A stretch of DNA of 64,000 nt from an uncultured delta proteobacterium. GTDB lineage: Bacteria; Myxococcota_A; UBA9160; UBA4427. The notes under the pieces were generated by a model. That model had not been told where the DNA came from. It ran no database searches and saw nothing but the letters and a program-made list of their open reading frames with translations. Position numbers and translations under genes: made by a program. The DNA lies in the NCBI GenBank assembly GCA_963822965.1, contig CAWGJT010000012.1:475992-539991 (forward strand), given 5' to 3'. The stretch's first letter is position 1; each line of letters starts with the position of its first letter. Below are positions 1-9,415 of the stretch, piece after piece.

Positions 1-2
1 GC

Positions 3-782
3 ATCGAGGAGATCAAGTCGCAGGGCGCCACGATCCTCTTCGTCTCCCACGCGTCGAATCTGATCCTCGAGCTGTGCGACCGGGTGCTGCTGCTCGAGCA
101 CGGGGAGCCCCTGCGCACGGGCGACCCCAAGACGGTGCTCGGCTGCTACCAGAAGCTGCTGCATGCCCCGCTCCACGAGCAGCCGCGGATCGCCGCCGAG
201 ATCCGGAGCGGCGCCACCGCGAGCCCCGCGTCCACCGGAACCGAGACCGCCGGAGCACCGGTCTCCCAAGACGCGGCCTACTGGGTGCCCGAGCTGGTCC
301 CGGAGAGCACCGTCCACTACGAGAGCCACGGCGCGCACATCGACGACGCCCGGATCCTCGACGCGAACGGACGCCGCGTGAACGTGCTCGTGCCCGGCGA
401 GACCTACGTCTACGCCTACGACGTCACGTTCTCGAAGCCGGCCGGGGGCGTGCGCTTCGGCATGATGATCAAGCTCGTCACGGGCTTCGAGCTGGCGGGG
501 CAGACCTCCCATCGGGAGGACCGGCCGATTCCCCAGATCGCGGCGGGCAGCCGGGTACAGGTGCGCTTCCGCTTCCGTCCGGCGCTCGCCGCGGGGGCCT
601 ACTTCCTGAACGCCGGCGTGCTGGGACTGGGTGACGCGGGAGAGCGCTTCCTGCACCGGATCGTGGACGCCACCATGTTCCGCATCGAGCGGGCGCGCAC
701 GCCGCTCAGCACGGGCTACGTGGACCTCTCCCTGCAGGAGCCGGCCGAGATCGTCATCGAGCCGCCCGCGGAAGATCGCTGA
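3..782 (+). CDS. wzt: Polysaccharide ABC transporter ATP-binding subunit with C-terminal carbohydrate-binding (Wzt_C) domain, 5'-truncated by window edge
   Basis: Frame from nt 3 reads IEEIKSQGATILFVSH...ELCDRVLLLEHG (ABC H-loop region typical of Wzt), followed by a beta-rich C-terminal domain (...FRFRPALAAGAYFLNAGV...). Confidence 0.88.
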   Translation: MEEIKSQGATILFVSHASNLILELCDRVLLLEHGEPLRTGDPKTVLGCYQKLLHAPLHEQPRIAAEIRSGATASPASTGTETAGAPVSQDAAYWVPELVPESTVHYESHGAHIDDARILDANGRRVNVLVPGETYVYAYDVTFSKPAGGVRFGMMIKLVTGFELAGQTSHREDRPIPQIAAGSRVQVRFRFRPALAAGAYFLNAGVLGLGDAGERFLHRIVDATMFRIERARTPLSTGYVDLSLQEPAEIVIEPPAEDR

Positions 783-3700
783 CCTCGTCCGGCGCCTGCA
801 CCATGCTGCGAGCGCCGATGGAGGCCCGCAGCAGGTGCGCCTCGAACTGCGCGCACATGTTCTCGACCGACAGCCCGCGTACGCTGGCGTGCCCGCGCCG
901 GGCGACGTCGCGCCGGGCCGCGCCGTCGCTCACGAGCCCGACCAGCGCCTCGCTCACCGCCTCGGGGAGGTTCTTCACCAGGACGGCGGTGCCCGTGTCT
1001 TCGAGCAGGGCGCGGACACCCGGCTGGTCGAGCTCCACCGCCACACAGCCCGAGGCCATGGCTTCGAACATCACCGTGGAGGCGTTGGTCTCCGAGAACG
1101 AGAGATGCACGTCGGCGTCCCGCATGGCGGCGGCGAGGGCCGCGGGGCCGAGGACGCCCAGGTTCTGGTACGGGAAGGGAAGGTCCCGCTCCCGCTCCAT
1201 GCCGTAGAGCCGGATCACCACGCCGGGACATCGCTCGTGCAGCCGTTCCAGCGCCGCCACACCGAGATCGAAGCAGCGCCGCGGAATCTCGGGACGCGCG
1301 AAGAAGAGGACGCTGCACGCGCCGGCGCCCTCGTCCGCCGCCACTTCCGCGAGCTTTCGTTCCACGGCCTCGGGATCGGCGAAGAACTCGTCCGCCAGCG
1401 CGAAATCCACGTGCTCGTAGGCGATGCCGTTGCGCTCGCCCAGCCGGTCGGCGAGGTAGCGCCCGATGGAGACGATGCGCAGGGGCAGGTCGTAGGTGGC
1501 CTCCGCGGCCTGGTGGAGCCCGTCCGTCTCCTCGTAGAAGTCGGGCTCCCAGTCCTGCACGAAATAGGCCTTGAGGGCCGTGTTCTCGAGGCCGTCGACC
1601 ACGTGGGCGGTCGGCCAGTTGGTGGCCACGGCGACGTCCGAGGTGCGGATGGCGTCGTGGCCCACCCGGATGCGGGCCGCGCTGCGCCCGAAGTGCTCGT
1701 GGCAGTAGCGCTCGATCTCGACGTCCGTGAGGCCTTCCAGGTGGGCGATCGGCTCGACGTACACGTCCACCTCGTGACCGTGGTCCGCCAGGTGATTCGC
1801 GATCTGGAAGATCTTCTTGTAGCCGCCGCCAGTCTGCCCGATGGGCGCGCGCAGGATCCAGGCCACCCGGAGCCGGCGCTCGTGACGGGCGGCGTGACCC
1901 ACGAGGTCGGCCCAGGCGGCGCTCTGGCGGGCCGCCGCGGCGCGGGTGGCGTAGCGCGCGAGTACGTCGCGCCGGGCGCGACGTCCGATTCGCTCACGCA
2001 GCCCGCGGTCCTCCACCAACGACCGCAGGCTCGCGTACCACTCCGGCTCCGAGGCGCACAGGAAGCCGGTCTCGCCGTGCTCGATGGCCACCTCGAAGGC
2101 GCCCACCCGGGAGGCCACCGTGGGCACCCCCAGGAGACCCGCCTCGAGGTACTTGAGCTCGCTCTTCGCGGCGGTGAAGCGATTGTCCGACTCCAGGGGG
2201 GCGAGGTTCACGTCCATCTCGCGGTACAGGGCCGGCAGCCGACGCCATTCCATGAAGGGGTGTCGCTCGATCCGGTGCGCGAAGCGTTCCAGCTCGGCGG
2301 GCACGTCGATGTGCCCCACGAGCACCAGGCGCGCATGCCGATGCTCGTCGAGGATGCGCGCGAGAGCCGGCACGCACTCGGCGAAGTCGCGCCGGTGGGT
2401 GCGGGTGCCGCTGAAGTAGGCGAGGCGCACGAGTCGGTCCGGGGGTGGCTCCTGCAGGAGGGCCTCGTCGGCGCCTCGGCGCATGGCCTCGCTCACGCGG
2501 TTGCGCAGCAGGGCCACGGATTTCTCCGGGAAGATGTCCTCCACCGCCTCCGCGAGAGCGTTCGTGCTGACGGCGACGCGCTCGCACAGCGCCAGCGCAC
2601 GCCGATAGCGCTTCACGCCGTCGATGAAGAGCGCGCGCTCGTCCTCGTCCATGTGCACGACGGCGTCGATCTGGTCGATGCCGTCGGGGTCGAAGACCAG
2701 ATCGTCCGTGTCGAAGACCACGGCCACGCCGGAGCGGCGCGCGTGCGCCACGAACTTCTCGAAGTCGGGCGTGTGGGGCACCCGGTGGGCCACGACCACT
2801 TGGTAGTCGTGCAGCAGCCAGTCCCAGGGGAAGGTGTCCGGCGGATACACGTCCGCCGTGTAGCCGGCGAAGCGCAGGATCTCGGCGGCGTGCTCGCAGC
2901 GGTAGCGATAGGCGTCGCCCGGGCAGCCGCTCACGAAGGCGAAGCTCTTGTGCCGCTCGAAGCCGGCGGGCGGGTTGAAGACGAGCGCGAGCGCGTGGTC
3001 CGCCAGCGCCTGCCCCGCCTCCGACAGGATGCGCCCCGGGTAGTAGGCCGGCGCGCAGGCGACGGTCACGGTCTCGTCGGGCCGGCCGTCGAGGGACTCG
3101 ATCTCGCAGACGAGCCGCCTCCGATCTGCGCGCCACAGAGGCGCCGGCAGCTGGATGCGCGCCATCCGGCCGTCCTCGATCCGGTCGCCTTCGAGCACCT
3201 CCTCGTGCAGCAGGCGCCCCGGCAGCAGCCGGCCCGCGCGCTCTTCGAGCAGACGCACCCGCACGCGCGTCTCGTTGAGCTTGCGGTACGTGAAGAAGTA
3301 GATCCCGAGGGCCGTGAGCTCGGGGACGGAGACCCGGAACCCCTGGCGGAACGGCTCGCCCGGAAGCAGCTCGCTCCCCGGCCGGAGCCGGGCGGTGTCC
3401 AGCTGCGGGGCCGGCAGCGGTCCGCCGCCTCGAAGCTGCTTCGCCCAACGCAACGGCCGGGTGAGCCGCCAGGAGCGCGACCCGTACAGCTGGTCGAGGG
3501 TCTGATGGTGGATGGCGAGCTCTGCGCGGACCCCGGACAGCTCGTGGGCGAGGATGCGGTTGCTCTCCGCCTGCTGGGCGAGATCCCGCTCGCGGTCCCG
3601 CAGTGCGTCCGTCCGGCGCCGCAGATCGCCGCGCAGGGCTTCGAGATCTTGCTCGAGCCCGGCCGCCTCGGTATCCCGCTGGGCCAGCTCGTCCTTCCGC

Positions 3701-5050
3701 CGCCGCAGCGCCTCGTCGGCGACGCGAACCTGCTGCGCCTGCCGCTGGGAGGACTCGCGCAGGGCCGCCACCTCGTCCTCCAGCCCGCGCAGGCGATCGG
3801 CCCGGGAGGCGACCTCGTGCTGCTGACGCGACAGCTCGGCCTGCAGCACGGCCCGCTCGGAAGATGCGTCGTCCAGCGCCGCTCGCGCGCCGGCGAGCTC
3901 CCGTTCCAGGGCTGCGTTCCGGGCCGCGAGGACCTGGGCCTCGGCGGCCTGCCTCCCCAGCTCGATGTGTGCGTCCCGATGCTCGGCCCGTAGGCGCGAG
4001 GCCTCCGCGTCCCGATCCGCCTGGCTCGCGCGCGCGGCGGCGACCTCCCGGGCGACGACCTCGAGCTCCTCCCGCAGCTCGCGGGACTGCGCCCCGGCGG
4101 TCTCGAGCTCCTCCCGCAAGCGGACGAGCTCGACATCGCGTCCGGCCAGCGCAGCGCGGCCCGCCTCCTCTTCCGCCTCGAGCTCGGCCAGCTCCTGCTC
4201 GCCGGCGGCGATCTCCGGCGCGAACAGGCTGTCGGCCTCGTGCAGCAGGGCCGCGAGTCGCGCGAGCTTGCGCGAGAGGTCGGGGCCCGGATCCCGGACC
4301 GCCTTCCACGCCCGCCGGACCCAGGCGGGCACCACCCGGTCCCGAGACGCGTCGCCGGTCTCCACATGGTGTCGGAGACCCTCGCGGATGAAGGCGTCGA
4401 TGCGGCCCGCGGCCGCCTCGGACCCGTCCGGCCAGCGCACGTCCAGGGCGGTCGCCACGCGCTCGACGGTGCTCCGCCAGTCGGCCATCAGGTCGTCGTA
4501 GGCGACCACGGCGTGTGCGATGGGCTGCCGCCACCTGCAGGGCCGCCAGGGTGTGGCGCAGCCAGAGAAGGTGCGCGCGCGAGGGACGGATCTCCTCCCG
4601 GACCCAGAGCGAGAGCGCCACCTCGCGCGGATCGCGCAGCGCCACCACGAAGGACGGCTCGCGACCGCGCTCCGCCAGGATCTCGACCCACAGCGGCGCC
4701 AGCAGCGAGAGCCGCGGGTCCTTCACCAGCCACAGGGCCTCGCCCGCGAACTGCTCCTCGATCCGGTTCGCCAGGGCCACACGGGTGCTCTGGATGGCCG
4801 GCGCCCGGGTCCAGCCGTCCGGCAGGGGACGGATCCCGTCCCAGGTCGTTCCCAGGCCGTGCAGCACCTCGTCGTGCAGGCGCACGACCTCCGCGTCCTC
4901 CCAGAATCCGGTGGGATTGTCGGCCTGGGGCGGCAGCAGGCCCTCCCCCACGGCCACCCCCAGCAGATTCAACGTGCGCGCGATCGCCGAGGTGCCGCTG
5001 CGATGCATGCCGAGCACCAGGATCGGTCGTGATTCGGCGGGGAGACTCAT
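754..5050 (-). CDS. Multidomain glycan biosynthesis protein: sulfotransferase + long coiled coil + two GT-B (GT4-like) glycosyltransferase modules; one +1 frameshift near 4515
   Basis: N-terminus ILVLGMHRSGTS (PAPS-binding loop) and KDPR in ORF 1994..5092 continues into ORF 754..4509 (VAYDDLMADW). A Glu/Arg/Ala/Leu coiled coil ends in YGSRSWRLTRPLR. GT motifs: FDTDDL, KSELKYLEAG, YFVQDWEPDFY, FEAMASG. Confidence 0.85.
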
Positions 5051-5267
5051 CTGCGGGTTGTGGACTTCCGCCTGCGAGAAATGGGGGTGCACATGCTACC
5101 ACCGCGAGCCCCCGTGGCAGATCGACGCACCCCCGCTGCCCATACTACCCGCGGGAAGTCCCGAGCGGCCCCGGTCAGCCGAGACCAGGCCGGGCGTCAC
5201 CGAAAAGCCCCGCCGTTCCGAGGCGTTCAGCAGTCTGCTGTCCAGCTTTCCCAGGTGCATCTCTAGC

Positions 5268-5296
5268 TTGTCCGGAAACCGCGCAGGAAGTACAGT
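5268..5296 (+). promoter_or_regulatory. Sigma70-type promoter for the FG-GAP repeat gene
   Basis: TTGTCC-N17-TACAGT in the divergent intergenic region. Confidence 0.5.
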
Positions 5297-5538
5297 GCAG
5301 CTACCGTGGACCGAGCGGGTCCGGCGGGATCTGGGGGCTTCGAGCACGCGCAACGCCGGCGCCTGGGGTCTGGGACCGCGAAGGTCGGTCCTGGAATCCG
5401 GAACGTCGGAGCGAGTGAAGCGCGTTCGGTGAAGGCGCAGAAGAGCGGAGCAAGGATACTGAAGGAAGCGGAAGCATGGGGGAGTCGCCGCGCGGCGCTC
5501 TCCACCGCATCTCTGGGTACGGGGGCGAGGAGATCAAA

Positions 5539-6492
5539 GTGAAGTCGAGAAGCATTCTGTCTGGCGGCGCCGCAGTCGCGTTTCTGTTCTTCATCGCGTC
5601 CGCTGCGAACGCGGGCGTCGCGCCCGGCATCGCGGTCTTCGCCGACTTCGACGGCGACGGCATCACGGACGTCGGCGTCTACAACACGGGAAACGGCGAC
5701 TGGTTCATACAGGAATCGACCGCCGGCTTCGTCGTGGTTCCGAGCTTCGGGGGCGCGAACTTCACGCCGGTACCCGCGGACTACGACGGCGACGGATCGG
5801 CCGACGTGAGCGTCTACGACGTGACCAACGGCGACTGGTTCATGCAGCAGACGACGAATGGCTTCACGGTGCTCCCCTCCTTCGGCGGCGGCGTCTTCTC
5901 GCCCGTGCCCGGCGACTACGACGGCGACGGCACCGACGATCCCAGCGTCTACAGCCAGACCACCGGCGACTGGTTCATGCAGCAGAGCACCAACGGCTTC
6001 ACGACCCTGCCGACCTTCGGCGGCGCGGGCTTCACGCCCGTTCCGGCGGACTACGACGGCGACGGAGCGACGGACCAGGGCGTCCACCAGCCTTCGACGG
6101 GCAACTGGTACCTCAACGAGTCCACCGACGGATTCGTCGAGGATCTGGCCTTCGGATCGGGCGGTAGCTTCCTCCCGGTTCCCGCCGACTACGATGGCGA
6201 CGGCGCAGCCGACATCTCCGTCTACAGCACGACGAACGGGGACTGGTTCCAGAAGCAGACCACGAACGGCCTCGTCGCAGTGCCCCTCTTCGGCGGTCCG
6301 AACTTCTTCCCGGTTCCGGGCTTCTACGACGCGGATGCGCCGGCCGACACGGCGGTCTACGACACGACCAAGGGCGACTGGTTCCTGAACAAGAGCACGG
6401 ATCCGTTCACGGCGATCCCGGGGTTCGGCGGTCCGAGCTTCATTCCGGCGCAGCCGTTGACCAACGAGGTGGGAGGCGGCGGCGGCGCCTGA
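5539..6492 (+). CDS. Secreted FG-GAP/VCBS repeat (beta-propeller) surface protein
   Basis: GAGGAG RBS then GTG; signal peptide (AVAFLFFIASAANA); about six ~40-aa repeats of FGG..F.PVPADYDGDG..D.SVY....GDWF. Confidence 0.85.
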   Translation: MKSRSILSGGAAVAFLFFIASAANAGVAPGIAVFADFDGDGITDVGVYNTGNGDWFIQESTAGFVVVPSFGGANFTPVPADYDGDGSADVSVYDVTNGDWFMQQTTNGFTVLPSFGGGVFSPVPGDYDGDGTDDPSVYSQTTGDWFMQQSTNGFTTLPTFGGAGFTPVPADYDGDGATDQGVHQPSTGNWYLNESTDGFVEDLAFGSGGSFLPVPADYDGDGAADISVYSTTNGDWFQKQTTNGLVAVPLFGGPNFFPVPGFYDADAPADTAVYDTTKGDWFLNKSTDPFTAIPGFGGPSFIPAQPLTNEVGGGGGA

Positions 6493-6512
6493 GCCGCGGT
6501 CACGAGGTGAAG

Positions 6513-6555
6513 AGAGCCCGCCGCTCCTCCGGGAGCCGGCGGGCTCTTCCTTTTC
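6513..6555 (+). terminator. Intrinsic terminator
   Basis: AGAGCCCGCC...GGCGGGCTCT stem followed by TCCTTTT just after the stop codon. Confidence 0.65.
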
Positions 6556-6632
6556 CAGCCTTCGCTCTCCCTTCCCAGCCCCCGCCAAATCGTCTGCATC
6601 TTCCGGATGGACCCTGGCTCCCCTGAGACGCC

Positions 6633-8255
6633 GTGACCTCTGACGCCCGAGCACGACACCGGGTGCTTCGCGTGCCGCAGGAATGGCCCCTGCTGCTGGC
6701 GGCCGCGGGCGTCGTGCTGGCCTTCCACGGGCTCATCGGCTTCGACCCCTACCAGGCCGTGCCGACGGATCTCCGCGGGATCGAAGGCGCCCTCTTCGAC
6801 CCGGTGCCTTCGGCCCCCGGATTCGTCTTCATCGTCTTCCTGTGGAAGATCGTGGAGCAGCACCACGAGATCCGGCGCGCCCTGCGCGGGCCGGGATCGG
6901 CCTGGGGAGCGCTGCCGCTCGGGCTCTCGGCGATCGTGTATGGGTGGTCCTGCTACACGGGAGCCGACGAGCTGCTGCTGCCGTCGCTGTCGCTCTTCCT
7001 GCTGGGCGGCGGCCTGGCGGTGGGCGGGCGACGCGGCGCGGGGGCGCTCGTCGCACCCGCCGTCATCCTGCTCTTCGCGCTGCCCATTCCGGCCAGCCTG
7101 CTGAATCGGGTGATGTGGCATCTGCAGCTCTGGACGGCCGGCCTGGCCGCCACCGTCGCCGATCTGTGGAGCGACGCCTTCCGCAGCGGCGACCTGATCT
7201 TCCACGACCGGCAGATCTTCCAGGTGATCGAGTCCTGCGCGGGTCTCGCCACCATGTCGACCCTCACGCTCACGAGCTTCATCATCCCGGCCGGGAAGCG
7301 GCGCAGTCGACTTCACGCCTTCCTGCTGGTCGCGTCCGCGCCCCTGGTCTCCTTCGGGATCAACACCCTCCGGGTCCTCACGATCATGGCGAACCCACTC
7401 TCCTACATCGGAAGCGTGCACACCGCACAGGGAATCCTGATGCTCGTGGTCGGAATCCTCGCGCTCGTCGGGATCGACCGGCTGCTGGGAAGGCTGTTCA
7501 GCTCGCCCGCACCGCAGCCTGCCGCGCCCGCCGCGATGCGACCGACGCCATTCGTCGCCCTCACCGGGCTGGCGTGCGTGTTCGCCCTCGCGAGCCTGCT
7601 CCTGCCGCGCTACCAGCCGGATCCGATCCGCTATCAGCGCTTCCTGAAGCTGCGAACGCTGCCCTCGCACCACGGCGTCGCGCAGCCCGTGGACGACGAC
7701 TTCCTGGGTACGGTGGCCTTCACCCAGTCGGCCACCACCCGCTACGAGGTGGACGGCGAGCCCGTCGACGTCTTCGTCGGCGTCAACAACCGCACCATCC
7801 GACACAACAGCGCCCTGTCCCCGAAGACCCAGCTGCCCGGCGCGGGCTGGGTGGCGATCCGGCGCGAGCCGATCCACCAGCCGGATACGGGGCGCGAGAT
7901 GACCGAGCTGGTGGTGCGTCCGCCGCCGCAGCTCCCGGCCGAGGAGCGATCGCAGGAGCTGATACACCACTACGTGCTGGGCGGCGCGCCGATCGCGACG
8001 GAGACCGTCCGCGCCCTGCTCGCATTGGACGCGAGCCCCTTCCGACGCACCGACCGCCAGGTCGTCGTCCGCCTGACGACGCCGGTGGGCAAATCCCGGG
8101 CGAGTCGCGAGGAGGCGAGACGGCGCCTCTTCGAGGTGGAGGGCTGGCTCGAGCCCAACCTCGAGCGTGAGCGCAGCTGGCCCACACGGCCGAGAGCGCT
8201 CCCGCCGGAGGCGCGAGTCGCTCCCGCGCCGGCCAGCAGAGCCCCTACCCGGTGA
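6633..8255 (+). CDS. Exosortase (EpsH family) fused to an EpsI-like C-terminal domain
   Basis: Multi-TM protein with the Cys/Arg/His triad contexts FQVIESCAG, NTLRV and VHTAQG; C-terminal soluble domain with SPKTQLPGAGW resembling EpsI. Confidence 0.82.
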   Translation: MTSDARARHRVLRVPQEWPLLLAAAGVVLAFHGLIGFDPYQAVPTDLRGIEGALFDPVPSAPGFVFIVFLWKIVEQHHEIRRALRGPGSAWGALPLGLSAIVYGWSCYTGADELLLPSLSLFLLGGGLAVGGRRGAGALVAPAVILLFALPIPASLLNRVMWHLQLWTAGLAATVADLWSDAFRSGDLIFHDRQIFQVIESCAGLATMSTLTLTSFIIPAGKRRSRLHAFLLVASAPLVSFGINTLRVLTIMANPLSYIGSVHTAQGILMLVVGILALVGIDRLLGRLFSSPAPQPAAPAAMRPTPFVALTGLACVFALASLLLPRYQPDPIRYQRFLKLRTLPSHHGVAQPVDDDFLGTVAFTQSATTRYEVDGEPVDVFVGVNNRTIRHNSALSPKTQLPGAGWVAIRREPIHQPDTGREMTELVVRPPPQLPAEERSQELIHHYVLGGAPIATETVRALLALDASPFRRTDRQVVVRLTTPVGKSRASREEARRRLFEVEGWLEPNLERERSWPTRPRALPPEARVAPAPASRAPTR

Positions 8256-9315
8256 ACGTGGCCGCGGAGCCCCCCGACCCGGCCTCGCCTTCGATCTGGA
8301 CGCGGTCGCGCTCCTGCGTCGACTGCCGGGCGATCCCGCGCAGCCGCGCGAGAGCCCCGAGGTCGGGATCCACCGCGGGCCGCTCCGCCAGCATGTGGAA
8401 GTAGTCCGACACCGCCGGCGTGTCGGCGACGCGCTTGACCTCCTCGTCGCCCACCAGCGACACCTCCAGCGCTGCGCGATGGGCCTCGAGATCGACCCCG
8501 CGCGCCTCGAGGTCGGGCCGCTCTCCGCGCTGCACCGCGAAGAGGCGGGTCACACGAAATCCGATCGCGGAGAGCATCGCGGCGAGAACCGCAGGCGAGA
8601 AGAGGAACCAGTGCCCCCAGTGGGCGTTCATGCCGAGGGCTCGGGTGGACAGACCGTGGCTGTTCGGGACGGCGATGAACAAGCCGCCCTCCGGTCGCAA
8701 CAGGCGGAAGGTGTCGATCAGCGTTCCCATCGGATCGAAGGTGTGCTCGAGAGAGTTGTCCATCAACACGAGGTCGTAGTGACCATCGGGGTCACCGAGG
8801 TCGGCGATGAGACCGTTCGTGACATCGACGCCGTACCGCTGCTTCGCGACGCGAACGGAGTGGCGATCCGGATCGACCCCGTGGATCTCCCACTCCTTCT
8901 CCGCGCGCAGCCAGTGGAGCGAGACCCCGGGTCCGCAGCTCACGTCCAGAACGCGGTTGGTCTTGCGGTACGACTCCAGATCGTACGCCTCGTAGACGTT
9001 CCGGATGGTCTCCAGCTTGTCGCGTTCGTAGAAGTCCCAGTCGTGATCGGCCCACGCCGGCAGGTTGCGCTCCCCGTCGAAGCGATTCCGGTCGATGTCG
9101 GCAAAGCTGGGCAGCGGGTTGATTCCTACCAGGCCACACCCGACGCACTCGAGGTACTGGAGGTCGAGCACGTCACCCACCCGGGGATCGCTGAGCTCGC
9201 TGTCGCCGTAGATCCGGTCGGGAAAGCGTCGGTCGATCCGATGGAAGACCCGGAATCGAGAGCCACCGCAGAAGTTGCAGGACCGATAGAAGATGCGCTT
9301 GCCCGGTCCGCCCAT
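8245..9315 (-). CDS. Class I SAM-dependent methyltransferase with N-terminal Zn-binding motif
   Basis: CNFC...CVGC; VLDVSCGPG; LEHTFDP; LLRPEGGLFIAVPN. Confidence 0.85.
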   Translation of the reverse strand: MGGPGKRIFYRSCNFCGGSRFRVFHRIDRRFPDRIYGDSELSDPRVGDVLDLQYLECVGCGLVGINPLPSFADIDRNRFDGERNLPAWADHDWDFYERDKLETIRNVYEAYDLESYRKTNRVLDVSCGPGVSLHWLRAEKEWEIHGVDPDRHSVRVAKQRYGVDVTNGLIADLGDPDGHYDLVLMDNSLEHTFDPMGTLIDTFRLLRPEGGLFIAVPNSHGLSTRALGMNAHWGHWFLFSPAVLAAMLSAIGFRVTRLFAVQRGERPDLEARGVDLEAHRAALEVSLVGDEEVKRVADTPAVSDYFHMLAERPAVDPDLGALARLRGIARQSTQERDRVQIEGEAGSGGSAATFTG

Positions 9316-9415
9316 AGCCGCCGCAGCTTACAGCGGGCCCGCACGGGCGTCCACGAGCCCCCCATCCCCTTAACCATGGGCCCAGCCGAGCGATCTCAAA
9401 CGGGCTCGGACCCGC

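Noticed and set aside
631..3993. 1120-aa plus-strand ORF and similar long ORFs (40477..44199, 57987..62015, 58313..61891)
   Set aside because: Antisense or off-frame shadows of real genes, expected in high-GC DNA; no recognisable motifs except where they overlap true genes
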